A stretch of 64,000 nt of DNA from Fidelibacterota bacterium (GTDB lineage Bacteria > Fidelibacterota > Marinisomatia > Marinisomatales > TCS56). The stretch's first letter is position 1. Each line of letters begins with the position of its first letter. The position numbers and the translations under genes were made by a program. Under the pieces are notes generated by a model, which made no database searches, was not told the origin of the DNA, and was given only the letters and a program-made list of their open reading frames with translations. Shown here one piece after another: positions 37,643 through 46,392 of this stretch. The DNA lies in assembly GCA_043822705.1 (NCBI GenBank), contig JBDRBK010000070.1, positions 23,609 through 87,608 of the forward strand, written 5' to 3'.

Positions 37643-40291
37643 ATGAATATCAAGGAAATTTTAGTACTGCACCACAGCCACCTGGACGTCGGGTACACCC
37701 ACAGCGCCACGATCCTCTGGGAACTCCAACGGGAATTCATCAATCAGGCACTGGAGCTGCTGGACCAGACCGCCGACTGGCCGCCCGAATCGCAGCCCCG
37801 TTGGACCTGTGAAGTAACGTCACAGGTCGCGCACTGGCTGAAAAGCGCCGACACCAGACAAATCGATAAATTCAGTAATTACCTGCACCAGCAGCGGATC
37901 GGGATTTCCGCTTTGCAGTTCAATACCACCCCTTTATGCAATTCCGAACAACTGATCCGCCAACTGGCGCTGACACAGCAGTTCCGGGATCAACTGGGAG
38001 CAACGATCAATACGGTCAATCAGCACGACGTGAACGGTATCGCCTGGCCGGCCTCCGATCTGTTGCTCGATAGCGGCATCGAATTGCTGATCATGGCCGT
38101 CAATCCTCATTTTGGCGGAACGATTTTGAAGCGTCCCAATGTTTTTCGCTGGCTGACACCTTCTAACCGCGAGTTGCTGGTGATGAACGGAACGCACTAT
38201 ACCATGTTCGACCAACTGTTGAACACCCATGAAAACAGTCTCGCTGCCATGGACCGGGGACTGGAAAAATACCTCAAACACCTGGAACGACGCAGTTATC
38301 CGTACGATTTCATTTATCTGACCGCTGCCCATGCCCCCGTCAGCTATGATAATTCATCGCCCAATCCCGATTCGGCCCGGTTGATCCGCCAGTGGAATGA
38401 GTCCGGGCGGGAAGTGGCCATTCGTTATATTACACCGGGGATGCTGGCAGAAAAGATCAAGCTGATTCCAACCGCGCATCTGGAATCGTATCGCGGCGAT
38501 TGGACCGACTACTGGAATTTCGGTTCCGCCAGCACGGCGGTGGAGACGGCCCTGAATCAGGGTACCAAGCCGCGGCTGTACAGCGCCGATATGATCCGCA
38601 GTACGCAAGACCGGACGAACGCGCACACCACTGCGATCCTGGAAAAAGCCTGGTGGAATGTCAATTGTTTCGATGAACATACCTGGGGTGCTTTTAACTC
38701 GCTGGACACGCATCACCCGCAGGTGCGCACCCAGGCTTACCTGAAGGATATTCTGGCGCATACGGGCCGGGAACAGGCCGAATATGCGCTGATAGACGCG
38801 CTGGAATTGCTGGCCCGCAATCCAGCCGGATCATACACTCAGGATGGTGTGCTGTTAGTGAATACCAGTCCGGCTCGGCGCGATTGTTATGCAGCGGTGC
38901 CGGAATGGTGGCGGCAGGAGGGAAAACGGCACCGGACGCCGCGTTTTACCTATCAGAACCGTTACGATCAGTTGCAGGATTCGCCTTTGTGCGGTCCGTT
39001 GGAGATGCCGCCTTTCAGTTGGAAATTCGTTGATTTCAAGGAATTGCCTGTTGCTGCCCCCGATGACAGTTTGAGTCACAGCGAGTGCGAACTGCCGCCG
39101 GTTGCACCCGGGGTCGAACCGGCCAATCACAAATATTCCCGCCGATTGAACAATACGGTCGAGTCACGCTACTACCGACTGACCTACGATCCCCGAACCG
39201 GCCGGATTACCGGTCTGTTCGATAAAACCAACCATCGGGAAATACTCGATACATCCGGTCCGTGGACTTTTTTCCAGCTTGTTCGCGAGGCGCCCGATCC
39301 CCTGGTGGACGGCGATCGCAAGGCGTTGTATACCCGCGACCAGAAGAAAGAAAATTTTGAAATATCCTGTTGGAATAACGACTGGGTGGCCAAGCGCGAA
39401 GGGCTGACGGAATATCTCGGTTTCGAAATTATCGAGCAGGTGTCGGGTCTGACGCTGGTACTGCGTTTCCGGGGCGCCGGCCTGCGGAAACTGGAACAGC
39501 GCCTAACTCTTTCGGCGCTGAATCCGATCATTGAACTCGAAGCGGCACTGGAACTTGAAAATACCGAGACACCGGAAGCCCATTATTTTGTCTTTCCGTT
39601 GAAAATGGCCAAAGACTGGGAAAGTCACTTTGACACCGCCGGTCTGCCGGTGGAACTGGACCGGGAACAATTGCCGGGGGCCTGCCGGGGTTGGGTAACC
39701 GTCGAATCATATGCCGCGGTTCACAATCGAGATTACTGTGCCACTATATTCTGTCCCGATGCGCCGCTGGTTCAGATCGGCGGTTTCAATTTCGGTCACC
39801 GGAACGACAGGATCCGCCGAAGTAAAAATCCGCTGCTGCTGGCCTGGCCGTTGAACAATTACTGGGATACTAATTTTCGGGCCAGTCAGCCCGGTTTCAT
39901 TCGTTTGAAATATGGTTTCTCCACCAGTAACTGCTTCAATCCCTATGCCAGTTTCGTCGCCGGTCGCGCTTTTGCCACAACGGTGGAGGTGCACCCGGCG
40001 ATGCACGTACCGCAGGATCGTCACACCGGCCAATTTCTGACTATTGCCGGGAATAATTTGGCAATTCTGTATGGCAAACCGGCCACGGACGGACGTGGCG
40101 TGATAATTCGGGTTGTAAATTTGTCATCGCAGGCCCAATCGGGAAAAATCGGCAGGGGGGAAGGAAAAATAAAAAGTGCCTGTCTGACCAGTCCGCTGGA
40201 AGTCGATCAAACCGAATTATCAGTCGACGATAACCAGACGACCCATGTATTTCAACCTTATCGGATCACCAGTATTCGCATCGTACGATGA
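37643..40291 (+). CDS. Cytoplasmic GH38-like glycoside hydrolase
   Basis: HSHLDVGY, QHDVNG, VFRW, DEHTWG, NNYWDTNF; no signal peptide. Confidence 0.8.
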   Translation: MNIKEILVLHHSHLDVGYTHSATILWELQREFINQALELLDQTADWPPESQPRWTCEVTSQVAHWLKSADTRQIDKFSNYLHQQRIGISALQFNTTPLCNSEQLIRQLALTQQFRDQLGATINTVNQHDVNGIAWPASDLLLDSGIELLIMAVNPHFGGTILKRPNVFRWLTPSNRELLVMNGTHYTMFDQLLNTHENSLAAMDRGLEKYLKHLERRSYPYDFIYLTAAHAPVSYDNSSPNPDSARLIRQWNESGREVAIRYITPGMLAEKIKLIPTAHLESYRGDWTDYWNFGSASTAVETALNQGTKPRLYSADMIRSTQDRTNAHTTAILEKAWWNVNCFDEHTWGAFNSLDTHHPQVRTQAYLKDILAHTGREQAEYALIDALELLARNPAGSYTQDGVLLVNTSPARRDCYAAVPEWWRQEGKRHRTPRFTYQNRYDQLQDSPLCGPLEMPPFSWKFVDFKELPVAAPDDSLSHSECELPPVAPGVEPANHKYSRRLNNTVESRYYRLTYDPRTGRITGLFDKTNHREILDTSGPWTFFQLVREAPDPLVDGDRKALYTRDQKKENFEISCWNNDWVAKREGLTEYLGFEIIEQVSGLTLVLRFRGAGLRKLEQRLTLSALNPIIELEAALELENTETPEAHYFVFPLKMAKDWESHFDTAGLPVELDREQLPGACRGWVTVESYAAVHNRDYCATIFCPDAPLVQIGGFNFGHRNDRIRRSKNPLLLAWPLNNYWDTNFRASQPGFIRLKYGFSTSNCFNPYASFVAGRAFATTVEVHPAMHVPQDRHTGQFLTIAGNNLAILYGKPATDGRGVIIRVVNLSSQAQSGKIGRGEGKIKSACLTSPLEVDQTELSVDDNQTTHVFQPYRITSIRIVR

Positions 40292-40312
40292 TTCGTTGGG
40301 AGTCAAGCATAC

Positions 40313-41350
40313 ATGAACGGCCGTCAACGACTGAATAGCGCCCTGCGGGGCGGTCAACCGGACCGTGTACCGGTCTGGTGCCTGCTGAGCATCGGCCATA
40401 TTATCCGTAACGGCACGCCGACCGGTGAAATCCCGCGGGTGATTGAGGAGTATATCGAAGCTGAATGCAATTGTACCCGTAACTATGGATTCGACGGAGT
40501 CCTGCTCTATCTGCCCGGAACGCAGGCCGGGACCGAAGTCCACGATTTGCTGGATCTCTGGATCAACGGCGCTCCGCAAGGAGCTGCCAACCATGATTTC
40601 GACAGTGCCGATCCACTGGCATGGCCGTCGGAGATGACGCGATACGACGAAAGTAATTTTTACAGCAGTCATCTGGCACGTTCACTGCTGGGGATGGATT
40701 ATCACCTGGGCGGCTGGGCTGCGGATGGATTTTCCCGGGCGATTCAATGGTTCCCCAACCTGGAGGACGCGCTGATCGCCACTTTACAGGATCCCGGCAA
40801 ATTCAAGGCGCTGGTCGATTATTTTGACCAACAGAGCATCACCTGGGCCAGGGCTCAGGTGGAATTGGGACGACTGGAGAGCATCCAGATATCTTCACCA
40901 TATTCCGGTGCAATGTTTTTATCCCTGCCGGCCTACCGGGAGTTGGTTTTTGATTCCGTACGCAAGCTGGCCCGGGAAGTACAAGCCGGCGGCGGAATCG
41001 CTTACCTGCATACCTGTGGCAATATCACTGATCGTCTCGAATTATTTGTGGAAACCGGAGTGGATGGCATTGAATGCATGGATCCGCCTCCGCTCGGAGA
41101 CACGACCCTGCGGGAAGCCAAAGAACAGGTTGGTGACCGAATAGCATTGAAGGGTAATATTGATTCGGTGAATGTTCTGTTGCGGGGCGACGCCGATCTG
41201 GTAGACCGGACCATCCGGGAGACACTGAGTATCGGAAAACCGGGTGGTGGCTATGTACTCAGCACCGCTTGCTCGGTGGCGCCCGCCGTGAAACCGGAAC
41301 GGGTGCGCCGCTTATTCGAAATCGCCGCTGAAATCGGCAACTACTGCTAA
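40313..41350 (+). CDS. Uroporphyrinogen decarboxylase-fold methyltransferase (MtaA/CmuA-like)
   Basis: PDRVPV, YLHTCG, KGNID and GGYVLSTAC zinc-site motifs; adjacent to a corrinoid protein. Confidence 0.85.
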   Translation: MNGRQRLNSALRGGQPDRVPVWCLLSIGHIIRNGTPTGEIPRVIEEYIEAECNCTRNYGFDGVLLYLPGTQAGTEVHDLLDLWINGAPQGAANHDFDSADPLAWPSEMTRYDESNFYSSHLARSLLGMDYHLGGWAADGFSRAIQWFPNLEDALIATLQDPGKFKALVDYFDQQSITWARAQVELGRLESIQISSPYSGAMFLSLPAYRELVFDSVRKLAREVQAGGGIAYLHTCGNITDRLELFVETGVDGIECMDPPPLGDTTLREAKEQVGDRIALKGNIDSVNVLLRGDADLVDRTIRETLSIGKPGGGYVLSTACSVAPAVKPERVRRLFEIAAEIGNYC

Positions 41351-41380
41351 CCACCGATAAATACAGGGGAGAAACCGCAG

Positions 41381-42013
41381 ATGAATCTGTTGCAGGAATT
41401 AGCTGATAATCTCATTGCCGGGAAAATGGCCGAAGTAGCCAGCCTGACCGAAGAGGCGCTGAACCGTAAACTGACCGCGGACCTGATCCTCAATGAAGGT
41501 CTGTTGGCGGGAATGTCCGTAATCAGTAAACGCTTCAAAGATGGTATTATTTTTATTCCCGAGGTATTGATAGCAGCCCGCGCGATGAATAAAGGGCTGC
41601 AAATTCTGGAACCGCAATTGGCCATCGAGGGCAGCAGACATCGCGGTACGCTGTTGATCGGTACAGTCCAAGGCGATCTTCATGATATTGGTAAAAATCT
41701 GGTCGGTATTCTGTTTCGCGGCGCCGGTTTTAAGGTAATCGATCTGGGGACTAATGTGTCGACTACTGCATTCATGACCGGAGTCCAAAAACACGACCCT
41801 GATATTATCGGTCTCTCAGCCCTGCTTACGACGACAATGACTAATATGGCTGATGTGATCAGTTTATTACGCGAGAACGGTATACAAACACCGGTTATTG
41901 TCGGCGGGGCGCCGCTGAGCGCGGAATTTGCCGCCTCAATCAAGGCCGATGCCTTTGCCGCCTCTGCCGCCGAAGGCGTTGAAAAAGTACTGACGTTGAT
42001 GGGACAGTCATAA
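41381..42013 (+). CDS. Corrinoid (B12-binding) protein
   Basis: Cap domain FIPEVL; GDLHDIGKNLV (DxHxxG), SALLTTT, VGGAP. Confidence 0.93.
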   Translation: MNLLQELADNLIAGKMAEVASLTEEALNRKLTADLILNEGLLAGMSVISKRFKDGIIFIPEVLIAARAMNKGLQILEPQLAIEGSRHRGTLLIGTVQGDLHDIGKNLVGILFRGAGFKVIDLGTNVSTTAFMTGVQKHDPDIIGLSALLTTTMTNMADVISLLRENGIQTPVIVGGAPLSAEFAASIKADAFAASAAEGVEKVLTLMGQS

Positions 42014-42030
42014 ATCAGGGGGAATTGTTC

Positions 42031-42855
42031 ATGTTTAAACTGGCGATGATTCAGATGCAGGTGCAGGGAGGGCGGAAGAAGACCAACCTGACCCATGCCC
42101 GTTATTTGATCGATGAGGCAGCCGGCAACGGTGCCCGGCTGATGGTACTGCCGGAAGCATTTGATCTTGGTTGGACCCACCCTGCGGCCCTGCGGGAAGC
42201 CAGCGCTATTCCCGATGGCGACGTCTGCTTGATGCTGGCTGAAGCCGCCCGTGAAAATGAAATTTTCGTCTGTGCCGGTATGGTTGAGCAATCCACCGAT
42301 AAAATTTATAATTCGGCCGTCCTGATCGACCCGACCGGAAAGGTGATCCTTAAACACCGCAAATTGAATGAACTGGCGATCGGTCATAAATATTACAAAC
42401 AGGGTGATCGTTTAAATGTTTGCCACACGGAATTGGGCACACTGGGATTGATGATCTGCGCCGACGGTTTCGCCAAAGACCAGGTCCTCAGTCGGGCCCT
42501 GTGTTATATGGGAGCGGATATTATTCTATCGCCAAGTGCCTGGGCATTGCCTTCCGATCATCAACCCGATGCCGGTCCGTTTCAGTCCTGTGTGAACGAA
42601 TGGCGCCAGGTCTATCAACCGGTGGCACAGGACTATTCGGTTTATATTGTCGGTGTCAGCAATGTCGGTTCGATAGCAGCCGGACCGTGGGCCGGTAAAA
42701 ACTGTATCGGCTGTTCACTGTTGATCGGCCCGGATGGCCGGGAAATGTTGCAGGGACCATATGGACCACAGGCCGAGATGATCATGTATGCCGACATCGA
42801 ACCGCTGCCCAGACCGGCGCGTGGTACCGACTGGGTGGATCGACATAAACATTAA
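42031..42855 (+). CDS. Carbon-nitrogen hydrolase (nitrilase superfamily)
   Basis: LPE, HRK and ICAD catalytic triad motifs. Confidence 0.9.
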   Translation: MFKLAMIQMQVQGGRKKTNLTHARYLIDEAAGNGARLMVLPEAFDLGWTHPAALREASAIPDGDVCLMLAEAARENEIFVCAGMVEQSTDKIYNSAVLIDPTGKVILKHRKLNELAIGHKYYKQGDRLNVCHTELGTLGLMICADGFAKDQVLSRALCYMGADIILSPSAWALPSDHQPDAGPFQSCVNEWRQVYQPVAQDYSVYIVGVSNVGSIAAGPWAGKNCIGCSLLIGPDGREMLQGPYGPQAEMIMYADIEPLPRPARGTDWVDRHKH

Positions 42856-43043
42856 TTCGATCCATCTGCTCAAACAGGAATTTTCAGAGGCGATTAAATC
42901 ACATTACAGGGGTTTTTAGATATATCTGTTGAATATTCTATAATATTAACACTTTATTGGTATTATTTACTGATTGAGTGCTAAATTCCTTTGGTATCGT
43001 AACGGGAGTGCTGGTCTATTCGGTAAAGTATTGTAAATCCGGA

Positions 43044-43068
43044 ATTATGTGCTGAAAGCGAACATAAT
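43044..43068. promoter_or_regulatory. Putative enhancer (bEBP binding site) 1
   Basis: ATTATGT-GCTGAAAGCGA-ACATAAT: 7-bp inverted repeat whose core is shared with 52268-52288. Confidence 0.7.
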
Positions 43069-43138
43069 ATTGAGAAGTTAGGTAACATAAAAAACCATAT
43101 TTAAAGCTAAGTGTCTGAAATAGATCATCGATAATTAC

Positions 43139-43153
43139 TGGTACGATACTTGC
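43139..43153 (+). promoter_or_regulatory. Sigma-54 -24/-12 promoter
   Basis: TGGTACGATACTTGC = GG-N10-GC, one mismatch to TGGCACG-N4-TTGC. Confidence 0.75.
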
Positions 43154-43253
43154 GGATTGAATCGCTCTGAAATGCTGGTGTTATGCCTCTCCGCCTAACC
43201 TGCCAGTAAAAAACCAAATCGTGTGAATGAGAATTGACTGTAACAAGGAATAG

Positions 43254-44522
43254 ATGGTGCTGCCGGAAGCGATAATCCTGCTGTCGATGCTTACCGTATT
43301 CGCGGTCAGCGTTTTTGTGCTGAAATTGCCAGCGGGCGTATCGTTGATGGCCGCAGCTCTGATCGGCGCCTTGGCCGGAGGCGAAGGGATACCGATCCGG
43401 CATCTGGTCGAAGGCAGCTTTGGTTTCCTCGAAGCAATTCTTATAATCGCCACTGCCATGATTTTTATGAAGGTTGCCGAGGCATCCGGTGTGCTGTCCA
43501 CGATCAGTTACTGGATGATTAAATCGTTCTATAAATCACCGTCCTTACTTTTCGTTGTAATCGCGCTTTTTATCATGTTTCCCGGTATGCTGACCGGTTT
43601 ATCGTCGGCCTGTCTGTTGACTACCGGAGCGTTGATTGTGCCCGCCCTGTTGGCGATGGGCATGCCCAAACTGGCGGCCGGATCGTTTGTCGCCCTAATG
43701 GCAGTTCTTGGTGAAATCGCACCGCCGATCTGTATTCCGGTAATGATAATCGGTGGTGGCGTCGATATGCCTTATATCGGCTTTACCAGACCGTTATTTC
43801 TGGCCTCGTTTCCATTGGCGGTGGTTCTGGCATTGTATTACCGCTATCGTTATCTGAATCATTTTGAAATTCAGGCCGTGCTTGCCAAATTGCCCAAACC
43901 AGTCTACCATAAACACGGTTTTAAATTATTCCTGCCGATCATTTTCGTAATCGCCTATCTGATCGTTGAGAACCTCTTCCCGGAAAAAGTTCTTCATATC
44001 GGCGTTCCATTGATATTCATGATCGGCGCCTTGATCGGACTGCTGACCGGTGAAAAATTCGCCGTGCCGACGGTTCTGCGCAGCGCAATTAGAAATGCCA
44101 TGCCGGTGATGGCGATTCTCGTCGGTGTGGGTATGTTTCTGCAGATATTGACCCTGACCGGTGCACGCGGCTGGGTTGCCGTGAATGCATTGAAATTGCC
44201 GGAAGAAATTAAATATCTGACTGCAGGACTGATGCCGTTTTTCGGCTCGGCCTATGCCGCCGCTTCGGTGATCGGCGTCCCGTTGGTGTATGTCTTCATC
44301 GGCAAGAACGAGATTGTTCTCACGGCCGGGCTGGCCCTGATGGCCGCCCTGGGTGATCTGATGCCGCCGCCATCGATGCTGTTCGCCTATGCCTCACAGA
44401 TGGTGGATGTGAAAAACCATTATCGAATCCTGAAAGCCAGTCTGATCCCGATAATATTATGCCTGGTCGTGGGATTGATCATCATTATTTACGCCGAAAA
44501 AATCGCCAGAATCATATTGTGA
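43254..44522 (+). CDS. DctM/IT-superfamily secondary transporter
   Basis: About 11-12 hydrophobic segments; GEIAPPICIP and GDLMPPP hairpin motifs. Confidence 0.8.
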   Translation: MVLPEAIILLSMLTVFAVSVFVLKLPAGVSLMAAALIGALAGGEGIPIRHLVEGSFGFLEAILIIATAMIFMKVAEASGVLSTISYWMIKSFYKSPSLLFVVIALFIMFPGMLTGLSSACLLTTGALIVPALLAMGMPKLAAGSFVALMAVLGEIAPPICIPVMIIGGGVDMPYIGFTRPLFLASFPLAVVLALYYRYRYLNHFEIQAVLAKLPKPVYHKHGFKLFLPIIFVIAYLIVENLFPEKVLHIGVPLIFMIGALIGLLTGEKFAVPTVLRSAIRNAMPVMAILVGVGMFLQILTLTGARGWVAVNALKLPEEIKYLTAGLMPFFGSAYAAASVIGVPLVYVFIGKNEIVLTAGLALMAALGDLMPPPSMLFAYASQMVDVKNHYRILKASLIPIILCLVVGLIIIIYAEKIARIIL

Positions 44523-44531
44523 GTAAAATTG

Positions 44532-44678
44532 ATGCTTTATTGGATATATATCCTGATCACCATTCTAATCGTCGCAATTACTTTGATCGAGCTGTTCAGT
44601 GAAAAAAAATGGCAAAATCAGATTGCCTTTGCCATGATACTGATCCCGTTGTTATTACGAATATTCGGTATCAAGTGA
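44532..44678 (+). CDS. Small two-TM membrane protein (48 aa, absent from the ORF track)
   Basis: MLYWIYILITILIVAITLIELFSEKKWQNQIAFAMILIPLLLRIFGIK; fills the gap between two operon genes. Confidence 0.75.
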   Translation: MLYWIYILITILIVAITLIELFSEKKWQNQIAFAMILIPLLLRIFGIK

Positions 44679-44685
44679 AATAAGC

Positions 44686-45810
44686 ATGAATAAGAATTCA
44701 CTGATTTCAGCGACTTTGATTGTCCTGGTTGTAGTTCTGATCGATATTGTCGCCGCTGTTGATTTCTTGAAAATGCATCACCCCGATCCGATTTATCCCA
44801 GTGCTGGTCTGACTGAAATCAAGACGCTGGGTGATTATAATTCCAATCTGATAAACAGTGCCGGCGATACGGAAATATATCTATTTGACAGCGGCCGACC
44901 GGGCGCCAGTCTCCTATTGTTGGGCGGTACCCACCCGAACGAACCCGGTTCATTCATTACGGCAGTGACCATTATCGAAAACGTCCGGCCGGTGGCGGGC
45001 AGGTTGCTGGTAATTCCCCGGGCCTGCAACAGCGGCTTTACCTGTACCGACCCGTTCGAAGGTTACCCCCAGTATTATTCCGTCGAATCACATAGCGGTG
45101 AGCGACAGTTTCGGTTCGGTTCGCGGGTATCCAACCCACTGGATCAGTGGCCGGATCCGCTGGTGTATTCCCACTATCCGTCGGGCCAGCGCCTTTCGGG
45201 ATTCGAAACCAGGAATCTGAACCGCTCGTATCCCGGTAGGGCCAAAGGTACTTTCACCGAGCGGGTGGGCTATGCCATCATGCAGTTGATCGAACAGGAG
45301 AATATTACCTTGGCGATTGATCTGCATGAAGCCGCACCGGAAATACCAATCATCAATGCCATCGTGTATCACGAAAAAAGCGAAGAGATCGGTTTGGGCG
45401 CCGTACTGAATCTGGAAATGCTGGATTTGAGCTATGCGCCGGAGTTGTCGCCGGAAAATTTCCGTGGACTGAGTCACCGGGAGTGGGGCGATCGGACCGG
45501 GGTGCTGCCGTTCCTGATGGAAACAAGCAATCCGATTCAGGGCCGTCTGCGCGGTAAAACCAATGCTGATCTGATTCGTTATGGCAACAGTGAACGCTAC
45601 CGGGAAGCCCAGCAGACCGGCGTTCTACGAATTGTATATGACGCCGAGACCGGCGAGTCACTGGAACGGCGTGTCGGTCGTCATCTCCAGGGAATAATCG
45701 AATTACTTAATGTTTTTAATGAATCTAATCCGGGCAATCAACTGTTGCTTGAAGATCTGCCGGGTTACCATGAATTGCAGAGCGACGGATTCGCTCGCTA
45801 TTTAAAATAG
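44686..45810 (+). CDS. M14-family deacylase/carboxypeptidase (AstE/AspA-like), exported or anchored
   Basis: N-terminal hydrophobic segment; GGTHPNEP, NLNRSYPG, IDLHE and MET zinc/catalytic motifs. Confidence 0.85.
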   Translation: MNKNSLISATLIVLVVVLIDIVAAVDFLKMHHPDPIYPSAGLTEIKTLGDYNSNLINSAGDTEIYLFDSGRPGASLLLLGGTHPNEPGSFITAVTIIENVRPVAGRLLVIPRACNSGFTCTDPFEGYPQYYSVESHSGERQFRFGSRVSNPLDQWPDPLVYSHYPSGQRLSGFETRNLNRSYPGRAKGTFTERVGYAIMQLIEQENITLAIDLHEAAPEIPIINAIVYHEKSEEIGLGAVLNLEMLDLSYAPELSPENFRGLSHREWGDRTGVLPFLMETSNPIQGRLRGKTNADLIRYGNSERYREAQQTGVLRIVYDAETGESLERRVGRHLQGIIELLNVFNESNPGNQLLLEDLPGYHELQSDGFARYLK

Positions 45811-45824
45811 AAATGGAGCTTCAA

Positions 45825-46370
45825 ATGCGTAAATCAATTTTGACATTTTTTATGCTGATGCTGATCGTTAGCGGTCTGATGGCAGAAGACACCAAATTAT
45901 ATGACCAGCCGGTACTGATCACATCGGCCGGACAGAGCGCCGATGTAAAACTCGTCGGAATGCTGGCTAAAAAGAGCGGTATCAACGCTACGACGATCAA
46001 TATGGCGCAGGTGCCGGATCTGGAAAATATCAAGTCCCTGATCATCGTTCCGGGGTACAGTTCGAAAGGCCTGGGTGCCGCCGGTGTCAGCCAGGAAGAT
46101 GAAATGAAACGGGTCACGGCGATCATCGAAGCCGCCGCAAAGGAAAAAATACCTGTTATCCTGGTGCATATTGGTGGCAAGGCCCGCAGAATGGGACAAT
46201 CCGATCTGTTTATTTCGGTCGTGGTCGAAGCGGCCCGGCAGATGATTGTCGTGCAACAGGGCAATGAGGATGGCTTTTTCACTAAAATCAGCGAAGAAAA
46301 GAAAATCCCCCTCGTGCTGGTAGAAAAAATAGCTGCCGTAGCTGACCCCCTGAAGGCAATTTTTAACTGA
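45825..46370 (+). CDS. Exported protein, DUF6305-like
   Basis: GGAG RBS; signal peptide; ITSAGQSAD, GYSSKGLGAAG, HIGGKARR; family name recalled, not searched. Confidence 0.65.
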   Translation: MRKSILTFFMLMLIVSGLMAEDTKLYDQPVLITSAGQSADVKLVGMLAKKSGINATTINMAQVPDLENIKSLIIVPGYSSKGLGAAGVSQEDEMKRVTAIIEAAAKEKIPVILVHIGGKARRMGQSDLFISVVVEAARQMIVVQQGNEDGFFTKISEEKKIPLVLVEKIAAVADPLKAIFN

Positions 46371-46392
46371 AACCGTTTCCGGGCAAATTCAA

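Noticed and set aside
42958..42984. GAGTGCTAA, a perfect CIRCE right half-site
   Set aside because: The left half at 9-nt spacing reads TGGTATTAT, not TTAGCACTC, and no chaperone gene follows.
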